Assembly (NCBI GenBank): GCA_963792415.1
Contig: CAWBVY010000001.1
Location: 192,001 to 256,000, forward strand
Direction: 5' to 3'
Source of the DNA: Candidatus Deferrimicrobiaceae bacterium
GTDB lineage: Bacteria > Desulfobacterota > Deferrimicrobia > Deferrimicrobiales > Deferrimicrobiaceae
Length of the DNA stretch: 64,000 nucleotides
Part shown: positions 56,288 to 64,000 of the stretch, one piece after another
Layout: the number at the start of each line of letters is the position of its first letter
Position numbering within the stretch: position 1 is the first letter of the stretch
Notes under the pieces: generated by a model
What the model saw: the letters and a program-made list of their open reading frames with translations, nothing else
What the model was told of the DNA's origin: nothing
The model's database searches: none
Translations under genes and position numbers: made by a program

Positions 56288-56400
56288 CCCCTGCCTCTTT
56301 CCGCGCTTCGGTCGTGACAGTCTACCACGCGGGATTGAAAGAACCTTTCCCGTCTGCTACCTTCAATGCACCCGCGTTCCGCGAAAACCGGAGGGATCCC

Positions 56401-57929
56401 TTGCTCATCCAGGACGTCCTCGAGCACAACGCCCGCACCCATCCCTCCCGGCCCGCCCTCGTCTCGGCGAAGGAGGTGGTGACCTACCGGGAACTGCGCG
56501 ACCAGGTCGGAGGCTACGCCGCCGTTCTCCGTTCGGGGGGGATCGGCAAGGGGGACCGCGTCGCGATCCTCGCGCAGAACTCCATCCTCTACCTGGAAGC
56601 CCTTTTCGCGGTGACCCGGGCGGGCGCCGCCCTCGTTCCCCTGAACCACCTGCTGATCGGACGGGAACTTGTCGCCATCCTCGAGAACGCGGATGTGAAG
56701 GCGCTCCTGTTCACGGAGGAGTTCCGCGACCGGGTCGAAGAGATCCGCCCTTCCCTGCCGGGAATCGGCTGCTTCGTGCGCATCGACGATCCGGACCTGC
56801 CGAAGAAGAGAGCGGACGACGTGCCGGATCCGTCTCCCCCGTCCTCGAGACGGACATCGCGATGGTGATCTACGACGGCGGGATATCGAGCCGTCCGCGG
56901 GGAGCGATGCTCTCCCACCGGAACCTGCTGGCCGCCTCGGCCTCCTCGGCGCTCGAGCTTTCCCTGTCGCGGAACGACGTCTTCCTTTCGTGCGCCTACC
57001 TCCCCTTCCTCGGCGGGACGGGGCGGCTCCTGCGATTCCTCTACGTGGGTGCGACGATGGTCCTGCAGCCCGAGTTCGACCCCGAGGAGGCGCTGCGCGC
57101 GATCGAACGCCGGTCCGTGACGCGGGTGCTCCTCACCCCGACGATGATGGCGCAGATCCTCGCCCTCCCCTCCGCGGGGAAGTTCAACCTGTCCACCCTG
57201 AGGACCGTCCTGTACGGCGGCGCGGTGATCCCGCTGGACCTGCTCAAGCGCGCGATCCGGTTCTTCCCGTGCGGTCTCGTCCAGTCCCACGGCCAGGTGG
57301 AGTCCACCGGCATCCTGACGGTCCTTCATGCGGAGGACCACTCTCTGGACGAGGGCACCCCCTACATGCGGAAGCTCATGTCCATCGGGAAAGAGGCGAT
57401 CGGCGTCGAGGTCCGCGTGGTCGACGGGGACGGCATGGAGATCGCCCCGAACGAGGTGGGTGAGGTGGTGGCCCGCGGGCCGAACGTTTTCGAGGGGTAC
57501 CGGAACGACCCGGCCCTCACCGCGAAGGTTTTGCGGGACGGCTGGCTCCGGACGGGGGACGTGGCCTCCATCGACGAGGAGGGGTACATCTACGTCGTCG
57601 ACCGGAAACGGGACACGCTGACCGTCGAGGGGATCTCGATCTCCCCGCGGGAGATCGAGAACATCCTGTGCGAGCACCCCTCCGTGAAGGAGGCCGCCGT
57701 GGTGCCCCGGCCCGACTACGCGATGGGCGAAGTGCCCGTGGCCGTGATCGTGCTGCGGGAGGGAGCGAAGGAGGACCCCGAGGAGATCCTGCGCCACTGC
57801 CGGCGGAACATGGCCCCTTTCAAGGTACCGCGCGCGATCGAGTTCGTGCCCGTCCTTCCGAGGAACGCCCAGGGGAAAGTGCTCAAGGCGAGGCTTCGCG
57901 ACCGCCAGGCGGCCCTGCGGCGCAACTGA
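56401..57929 (+). pseudogene. Long-chain acyl-CoA ligase-like AMP-binding enzyme with a frameshift (possibly a sequencing error)
   Basis: KGDRVAIL, GWLRTGD, VDRKRD, PREIE and GKVLK motifs. One base is missing in the C run at 56836-56840. TTG start after GGAGG. Confidence 0.82.
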
Positions 57930-58511
57930 TCACGCCCCGTTCTTCTCCTCTCCGAACACTTCCGCGGTAAACGCCCGGAGCGTCGCCCCGTGCCTCCACG
58001 CGGAAGGGGGAAGGCCGGCCTTCACGCAGACCTGGTCGAGGAACATCTCCCGATCCCACCCCCACTCGACGGGGACCTGCGGCAGCAGCAGGCCCCGCAT
58101 CCCCTCCTTCGCGACCATCAACCCGTGCCTGCCGATCACGACCTCTTCGGGCCGGATGGGGAACAGGGGGGTGAGGACGGAGATCTCGACGCGCAGGGAG
58201 GGTAGTTCCTCCGGGGAGACGGGGGGAAAGCGCGGATCCTCGGTGGCCGCGGCCACCGCGCACTCCTGAACCACCTTGAAGAGCGGCGCCACCGCCTCGG
58301 TGTAGCCGATGCAGCCGCGCAGCCGCCCGTTCTTCGTGAGGGTCACGAAAGCGGCTCCGTGCGCGGCCAGCTTTCCCCGAACGCCTTCCTCGGGCGGGAT
58401 CTTCCCCGCGCCGAGGTACCCGTCCAACGCCCTCCGGGCGATCCCGAGCAGGCCTTTTCGCTGCGACGCGTCCAGGTACGTCCCGGGCACCGTTCCGACG
58501 GCCTCCGTCAT
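57930..58511 (-). CDS. AMMECR1-domain protein (AmmeMemoRadiSam system protein A)
   Basis: AFVTL...LRGCIG, EDPRFPP, EISVLT and GLLLPQV motifs. Confidence 0.92.
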   Translation of the reverse strand: MTEAVGTVPGTYLDASQRKGLLGIARRALDGYLGAGKIPPEEGVRGKLAAHGAAFVTLTKNGRLRGCIGYTEAVAPLFKVVQECAVAAATEDPRFPPVSPEELPSLRVEISVLTPLFPIRPEEVVIGRHGLMVAKEGMRGLLLPQVPVEWGWDREMFLDQVCVKAGLPPSAWRHGATLRAFTAEVFGEEKNGA

Positions 58512-58530
58512 GGGTTCCCCTCCGCCCGGG

Positions 58531-59652
58531 TCAGGGCTGGGGGCGATACTCCGCCGGAATCGCCTCCTCGTACCCCTCCGGCAGGCTCACGTCGCCCGGG
58601 ATGACGATCTTCGAATGGCAGGCGAGGAACGCGGGGACGATGTCGGGATCGAACTGGGTCCCGGAGCAGCGCCGGATCTCGGCGATTGCGTCGGCAACGG
58701 GGAGCGCCTTCCTGTACGCGCGGGTGGAGGTCATGGCGTCGAAGGTGTCGGCGATCGACATGATACGGGACGCGAGAGGGATGCGGCTCCCCGCCAGGCG
58801 CGAGGGGTACCCCTTCCCGTCGAACTGTTCGTGGTGGTGCAGGATGGCGGGGAGCAGGGGCCGGAAGAAGGGGATCGGTTCGAGGATCCGGACGGCCGTA
58901 TCGGGATGGCGGACGATATCCGCGAACTCCTCGTCCGAAAGCCTTCCGGGCTTGTTCAGGACCGCCTCCCGGACGCCGATCTTCCCGAGGTCGTGCAGCA
59001 TCGACGCCCGGCGAAGGTCTTCCAGCTCCTGCCCCGTCATCCCCAATTCCTCCGCGATGGCCAGGGAGAAGAGCGTCACACGCTGCGAGTGACCGCGGGT
59101 GTAGAAGTCCTTCGCCTCGAGCGCCTTGATCATCGCGTCGATGGACCGGACGTACATCGAGTTGATGGTGTCGGTCTGCTCTTTCACCTTTTCCTCGAGG
59201 TTCGCGCGGTAATCGTCGAGCTGCCGCTCGAGATCCTTCTTGCGCAGCGCATTCTCGATGGTGATCAGCAGGACGTCGAAGTTGAACGGTTTCGTGATGT
59301 AATCGCACGCCCCCATCTTGAGCGCCTGGACGGCGGTGTCGAGTTCGGTGTTGGCGGACATCACGATGCCGGCGGTCCTGGGCCATCTCCTCGCCCACTC
59401 GGAGAGGAGGGTGATCCCGTCCATGACGGGCATCCGGACGTCGGTGAGCAGGACGTCGTACGGGCCGTGGCCGTTTACCGCCATGGCGAGCGCCTCGCGC
59501 CCGTTGGACGCCTCTTCCACGAAATACCCAGCGATTTGGAGGCGTTCCCGGACGATGGCCCGGAGGAATTCCTCGTCATCGACCACGAGGATACTCGCTT
59601 TCGGGGGGCATTCCGTGGCTTCCGGAATGTCGGTTGCATGACCCATGGGCAT
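58531..59652 (-). CDS. Response regulator with HD-GYP cyclic-di-GMP phosphodiesterase domain
   Basis: REC domain (VVDDE, TDVRMP, KPF) plus GHSQRV, LHDLGKIG, HHEQFDGKGYP and GTQFDP. Confidence 0.92.
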   Translation of the reverse strand: MPMGHATDIPEATECPPKASILVVDDEEFLRAIVRERLQIAGYFVEEASNGREALAMAVNGHGPYDVLLTDVRMPVMDGITLLSEWARRWPRTAGIVMSANTELDTAVQALKMGACDYITKPFNFDVLLITIENALRKKDLERQLDDYRANLEEKVKEQTDTINSMYVRSIDAMIKALEAKDFYTRGHSQRVTLFSLAIAEELGMTGQELEDLRRASMLHDLGKIGVREAVLNKPGRLSDEEFADIVRHPDTAVRILEPIPFFRPLLPAILHHHEQFDGKGYPSRLAGSRIPLASRIMSIADTFDAMTSTRAYRKALPVADAIAEIRRCSGTQFDPDIVPAFLACHSKIVIPGDVSLPEGYEEAIPAEYRPQP

Positions 59653-59725
59653 CTTATCGTCACCGAATCCTGAAAACTTCACCGGAAAACCGCCGCCGGA
59701 AAAGGGATTCGTTCCGCCGACGAAT

Positions 59726-60766
59726 TCACACATTGAACCGGACGTGTACGATTTCCCCGTCCTTGACGACGTACTCCTTTCCCTCGAGCCGCAGCTTCCC
59801 TTCCGTCTTCGCCTTCGCCATCGAACCGCACCGGAGGAAATCGTCGGAGGAGATGACCTCCGCCCGGATGAACCCCTTTTCCAGGTCGGAGTGGATCTTC
59901 CCGGCCGCCGTCGGCGCGGTGCTCCCCTCCCGAACGTTCCAGGCGCGGACCTCGTCCTCCCCCACCGTGAGGAAGGAGATGTACCGCGTCGCCTCGAAGG
60001 CCCCGCGAACGAGCTGGTCCCGGGCGGACCGCGCGATTCCCATCTCCTTCAGGAAGTCGGCCTGCTCGGCCGGCGACAGCTGGGCGATCTCCTCCTCCAC
60101 CTTCGCGCACAGGCGCACCAGGGGGACCTTCGCCTTCTCCGCCTCCTTCGTCACCTCGGGGTACGTCTCCGCCGCCCCCTCCGCTTCGCCGACGTTCAGG
60201 ATCAGGAGCGTCGGGAGACGACTCACGAACCGGAACCCCGACAGGACCTTTTCCTCCTCGACCGACAGGTCGACGTTCCGAAGGGGAATCCCCCGCTCGA
60301 ACGCCGCGATCGCCTTGTGCAGCGAGGTCCACTCCGCGTCCCGCTTCGCCTCCTTCGTCATCCGCTCGATCCGCTTCTGCGCGACGAGGTAGTCGGAGAG
60401 GACGAGGGCGGAGGAGAGTTCGCGGAATTCCGCCACAGGGTCCAGGCCGCCGGGAGGCGCCGGGTGGAAGTCGTCGGCGAAGGCCCGGACGACCAGCGCG
60501 AGGACCTCGATGCTCCGAAGCTCCGTGAGGGCCTGCGGGGAGAGAAGATCCGTCTCGCCGGCATCGATGTCGTGGAACGCCATCGAGATGTAGGTGACCT
60601 TCTTCGGGTGGAAGATCTCCGCCAGCCGGTCGACCCGCTCGTCCGGGACCTTGATGGCGCACACCCCCGCGCCCTTCCCCTGGGCGCCCGCCTGCGCTGC
60701 GCCCGAAAGCGAACCGAACAGCGTGCTCTTCCCCGATCCCGTGTTTCCGAAGATCCCGACGTCCAC
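59726..60766 (-). CDS. YchF-like OBG-family ATPase (DUF933 C-terminus), divergent
   Basis: GSGKST, VPDERVD, AAGKIHSDLEKGFIRAEV and LEGKEYVVKDG motifs. Confidence 0.88.
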   Translation of the reverse strand: MDVGIFGNTGSGKSTLFGSLSGAAQAGAQGKGAGVCAIKVPDERVDRLAEIFHPKKVTYISMAFHDIDAGETDLLSPQALTELRSIEVLALVVRAFADDFHPAPPGGLDPVAEFRELSSALVLSDYLVAQKRIERMTKEAKRDAEWTSLHKAIAAFERGIPLRNVDLSVEEEKVLSGFRFVSRLPTLLILNVGEAEGAAETYPEVTKEAEKAKVPLVRLCAKVEEEIAQLSPAEQADFLKEMGIARSARDQLVRGAFEATRYISFLTVGEDEVRAWNVREGSTAPTAAGKIHSDLEKGFIRAEVISSDDFLRCGSMAKAKTEGKLRLEGKEYVVKDGEIVHVRFNV

Positions 60767-60794
60767 CGTGCTGCCCCCTCCTTAAAATAGCTGT

Positions 60795-60946
60795 GCCCCC
60801 CGTTCTTCCTACTGCGGGGGTACCCCAGGGAGCGCGAGCTCGTACTGGGGCGCCCCCCCTCCTGCGGCGACTCCGCCGGACCCCCCCGTTGCGACTGCCT
60901 TCCGAACTGTCTCCCCGATGCGTTAGCGTGTTTATGAAACGCTACA
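60795..60946. repeat. Highly structured intergenic element (REP/MITE-like or ncRNA)
   Basis: Long GC hairpin at 60816-60857 capped by GAGC-GCGA-GCTC, second hairpin GGCG-ACTC-CGCC, third TAGCG...CGCTA. Only one copy in this window. Confidence 0.35.
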
Positions 60947-60947
60947 C

Positions 60948-61706
60948 TTAGTGATCGTCGGGAATTCCCGCGAGCAGGTCATCCTCGGGCAAGGGTAGCC
61001 CGGGAAGCCGCGTCCTGGCAAGGACGTACGTTTCCTGCCGCGCGAACTCCCGGTAGCCGGGACGCTCGAGGAGCCGCCGCGTGTCCTTCTCCTGGGTCTT
61101 GTGGCAACCGAAGGCGCGGATCTTCGTCTCCACCTGCTCCGAGGTGTCGATGAAGGCGGTGAGCCTCGCCCGCGGAACCCCGGAAAGGGGGGCGTCCCAC
61201 CCCGCGAAGATCTCCTGCGCGATCTCGAATTGGTAGAGCTTGAAGGGCGGCCAGGGGGCGCCGTCTCCGGGATGCCACGTCGGATCGGCGGAGCGGTCGA
61301 AGGCGGACAGCGCCACCTCGCACATGACCTTGTGGTCGGGGTGTCGAGACACCCCGTCGGGGCCGAACCCGACGAGGACGTGGGGCCGAACCCGCCGGAT
61401 CAGCTCGACGGCGCGCTCCACCAGCTGCTCCCGGGGCACGCTCGCCAGCTGCCCGTCGATGAACCCGAGGAAGTGGACCTTCGCGATCCCGAGGATCTCC
61501 GCCGCCGCCATCAACTCCCCGGTGCGGACCTCCCCCAGGTGATCCCGGTCGGTCACGGGGGGATCGCCGACCATCCCGGCCTCCCCCCGCGTCGCCGTCG
61601 CCAGGTGCACCTCCGTCCCCGAACGGGCATACCGGGCGATCGTCCCTCCGGTGCCGAACGTCTCGTCGTCGGGATGGGCCAACAGGAACAGGATCCGTTT
61701 CCGCAT
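60948..61706 (-). CDS. PIG-L / LmbE family deacetylase
   Basis: AHPDDE, TRGEAG, HPDH and HKTQ motifs; start at ATG 61706. Confidence 0.9.
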   Translation of the reverse strand: MRKRILFLLAHPDDETFGTGGTIARYARSGTEVHLATATRGEAGMVGDPPVTDRDHLGEVRTGELMAAAEILGIAKVHFLGFIDGQLASVPREQLVERAVELIRRVRPHVLVGFGPDGVSRHPDHKVMCEVALSAFDRSADPTWHPGDGAPWPPFKLYQFEIAQEIFAGWDAPLSGVPRARLTAFIDTSEQVETKIRAFGCHKTQEKDTRRLLERPGYREFARQETYVLARTRLPGLPLPEDDLLAGIPDDH

Positions 61707-61770
61707 GATCTTCCCCTTTCCGCACAGACTCCTATGATACTTCAGGGCCCGGAAAAGGTTCCGACTCGAC

Positions 61771-61801
61771 AAAAACGAAGGGCGCCGCGGATGCGGCGCC
61801 C
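61771..61801 (-). terminator. Rho-independent terminator downstream of amtB
   Basis: 9-bp stem GGGCGCCGC/GCGGCGCCC with a 4-nt loop, followed on the minus strand by TTCGTTTTT. Confidence 0.7.
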
Positions 61802-61877
61802 CCCTCCTCCGTCAGGTGAGGTCGGCCCCATCACCCCTGGAGGATCCTGCATTCTTTCCGGCCGAAACCCGGCCGGG

Positions 61878-63098
61878 CTACCAGTTGTATCCGGCCTCGC
61901 CGTGCTCCGAGAGGTCCAGCCCCATCATCTCGTCTTCCCGCGATACGCGAAGCCCCATGAGCCTGTCGAGGATCTTGAGCAGCCCGTAGGTCACGGCGAA
62001 GGAGTAGATCAGCACGACCGCGACCGCCAGAAACTGGATCGCGAGCAGCTTCGCGTTCCCGTAAAAGAGGCCGTTCGCCCCGCCCGCGTTGACCACCGTG
62101 GTGGCGAGCAACCCCGTGGCCAGCGCGCCAAGGGTTCCGCCCACGCAGTGCACTCCGACGACGTCGAGGGCGTCGTCGTACCCGAGGCGGCCTTTCATCA
62201 TGACGGCCCCGTAGCAGACCGCCCCCGCCGCCAGCCCGATCGCGATCGCGGAAAGCGGCGTGACGAACCCGGAGGCCGGCGTGATCGCCACCAGCCCGGC
62301 GACGCATCCCGAGGCCGCCCCGAGGACGGTGGGCTTGCGCCGGTGGATCCACTCCGTGCCCAGCCATGAGAGCGTCGCGGACGCCGCCGCAAGATGGGTT
62401 GCCACGAAGGCACTCGTTGCGAGCTCGCCTGCCGCCAGGGCGGATCCGGCGTTGAAGCCGAACCACCCGAACCAGAGGATGGCGGCGCCGATCACCGTCA
62501 TCGGAAGGTTGTGCGGCGCCATGTTGTCCGACCCGAACCCCTTCCGTTTCCCGACGACGAGGGCCGCCGCAAGAGCCGAGACCCCGGACGTGATGTGGAC
62601 GACGGTCCCGCCTGCGAAATCGAGCGCACCGAGGTTCCGGATCCACCCGCCGATCCCCCAGACCCAGTGGGCCACGGGGTTGTACACCAGCAGGGCCCAG
62701 AGCAGGCTGAAGACGAGGAAGGCCGAGAAACGGAACCGCTCCGCGAACGCCCCGGTGATCAGCGCCGGGGTGATGACCGCGAACATCATCTGGTAGACCA
62801 TGAAGGCCTGGTGCGGAACCGTGGCGGCGTACTCCTTGTACGGGGCGAGCCCGACCCCGGAGAGACCGAACCAGGAGAGGTCCCCGATGATCCCCCAGTG
62901 GTCGGGCCCGAAGGCCATGCTGTAGCCGACCAGCGCCCACTCGACGCTGATGAGGCCGATGATGACGAGCGATTGGACGATCGTCCCCAGGATGTTCTTC
63001 CTGCGGACCATCCCCCCGTAGAACAGCGCGAGCCCCGGCGTCATGAACATGACCAGGGCCGCGGACACGAGCAGCCAGGCGGTATCTCCGGTGTTCAT
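61878..63098 (-). CDS. amtB: Ammonium transporter
   Basis: NTGDTAW, MTPGLALFYGG, DFAGGTVVH, WFGWFGFNAGS and DDALDV motifs; start at ATG 63098 after GGAGG. Confidence 0.96.
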   Translation of the reverse strand: MNTGDTAWLLVSAALVMFMTPGLALFYGGMVRRKNILGTIVQSLVIIGLISVEWALVGYSMAFGPDHWGIIGDLSWFGLSGVGLAPYKEYAATVPHQAFMVYQMMFAVITPALITGAFAERFRFSAFLVFSLLWALLVYNPVAHWVWGIGGWIRNLGALDFAGGTVVHITSGVSALAAALVVGKRKGFGSDNMAPHNLPMTVIGAAILWFGWFGFNAGSALAAGELATSAFVATHLAAASATLSWLGTEWIHRRKPTVLGAASGCVAGLVAITPASGFVTPLSAIAIGLAAGAVCYGAVMMKGRLGYDDALDVVGVHCVGGTLGALATGLLATTVVNAGGANGLFYGNAKLLAIQFLAVAVVLIYSFAVTYGLLKILDRLMGLRVSREDEMMGLDLSEHGEAGYNW

Positions 63099-63146
63099 CT
63101 TCGTTTCCTCCCGTTCGTGATGGGTGCCGACCCTCGCATGATGGAT

Positions 63147-63162
63147 AGCAACGGGCGTGCCA
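63147..63162 (-). promoter_or_regulatory. sigma54 promoter of amtB
   Basis: Minus strand TGGCACGCCCGTTGCT is a consensus -24/-12 element, about 50 nt upstream of the ATG. Confidence 0.85.
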
Positions 63163-63215
63163 CGGGCTGATTCGCCGGAATCCGTGGGATTTTTCCAGGA
63201 CCGCCGAAACAGGAC

Positions 63216-63229
63216 AGACAATTTTGTCT
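63216..63229. promoter_or_regulatory. Palindrome AGACAA-TT-TTGTCT, candidate enhancer-binding-protein site
   Basis: Perfect 6-bp inverted repeat about 55 nt upstream of the sigma54 -24 element. Confidence 0.35.
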
Positions 63230-63379
63230 TGTTTGCGACATTCATGGCCGACAGGAGACACTTATTTCCGTCATCACGAAGGACCGTTCCATGCAAAGAT
63301 AGCCATCATGCGCCTCCTTGATTCCTTCCGGCACCGCCGGCACCGTTAGCCGATTCGAATCGGATCAGGACCGAGAGCG

Positions 63380-63997
63380 ATGGGTCTCTACACGCGCTTC
63401 CTCCTCCCGAAAATCGTGGACTTCACCTGCCGCACGAAGCCGTGCATGCGGCAGCGCGCGAAAGTCGTTCCCTCCGCCCTGGGGTGCGTCCTCGAGGTGG
63501 GTTTCGGTTCGGGGCGGAACCTGCCCTTCTACGACACGGCGAAGGTACGGCACGTCTGGGCGCTCGATCCCTCCAGGGAGCTGTGGGCCATGGCCGGGGA
63601 GAGGGTCCGCGGCGCCGGCTTCCCCGTCGAGTTCCTGCAGGCCGGGGCCGAGGAGATCCCCCTGCCCGGCCGGAGCGCGGACACCGTTCTCGTGACATTC
63701 ACGCTGTGCACCGTTCCCGACGTCCCGCGGGCGCTTCGCGAGATGGCGCGGGTCCTCAAGCCGGGCGGGGAACTCGTCTTTTCCGAACACGGGCTGGCGC
63801 CGGACGAGAGTGTCCGGCGGTGGCAGAATCGCCTGAACCCGATCTGGAGCGCTTTCGGCGGCGGCTGCAACCTCAACCGGCACATCCCCTCTCTCCTGGA
63901 GGAGGGGGGCTTCCGATTGCACGAGATCTCCTCGATGTATCTCCCGGGGTGGAGACCCGCGAGCTTCACCTACTGGGGGCGCGCCTCGGCAATGTGA
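63380..63997 (+). CDS. Class I SAM-dependent methyltransferase
   Basis: VLEVGFGSG, FTLCTVPD, RVLKPGG, EHG and GGCNLNR motifs. Confidence 0.9.
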   Translation: MGLYTRFLLPKIVDFTCRTKPCMRQRAKVVPSALGCVLEVGFGSGRNLPFYDTAKVRHVWALDPSRELWAMAGERVRGAGFPVEFLQAGAEEIPLPGRSADTVLVTFTLCTVPDVPRALREMARVLKPGGELVFSEHGLAPDESVRRWQNRLNPIWSAFGGGCNLNRHIPSLLEEGGFRLHEISSMYLPGWRPASFTYWGRASAM

Positions 63998-64000
63998 CGG

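Noticed and set aside
1101-63969. Numerous long Arg/Pro/Gly-rich alternative-frame and antisense ORFs
   Set aside because: These are expected shadow ORFs in high-GC DNA; each overlaps a gene with clear family motifs.
1-64000. CRISPR array, rRNA, transposase, integrase or prophage genes
   Set aside because: No regularly spaced repeats and no recognisable motifs for these were seen by eye.

Overview
GC-rich bacterial chromosome segment. Gene content (ccsA-hemACDB-polA order, sigma54 promoters, ACT-malic enzyme) is deltaproteobacterial-like; this taxonomic call is inference only. The left edge carries the 3' half of a tRNA-Thr(CGT), probably an att scar. The main accessory feature (about 4.9-16.4 kb) is a self-contained cyclic-nucleotide signalling locus. 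A sigma54-type promoter precedes a CHASE2 class III cyclase, a FecR-TPR-beta-barrel outer-membrane protein and a low-GC secreted Cys-rich protein. Next to these are a cNMP-domain MscS channel, a class II (MBL-fold) cNMP phosphodiesterase and an FAD oxidoreductase fused to a cNMP domain. The barrel half and the secreted gene look like a swapped low-GC cassette, and a duplicated phosphodiesterase 3' end flanks the MscS gene. The rest is mostly housekeeping (ybaK, cysK, polA, hem genes, uppP, PMM/PGM, malic enzyme, amtB). It also holds a peptidoglycan-recycling cluster (peptide ABC, nagZ, Slt, TIM-barrel, amgK, murU), a type III PKS/methyltransferase/YceI operon, a hydrolase-DUF3015-DUF4105 trio, an ECF sigma operon and an AbiJ-like gene. 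Five genes carry a single frameshift in G/C runs, probably sequencing errors. No CRISPR array, rRNA or intact tRNA was seen. All family calls come from motif recognition by eye; no searches were run.
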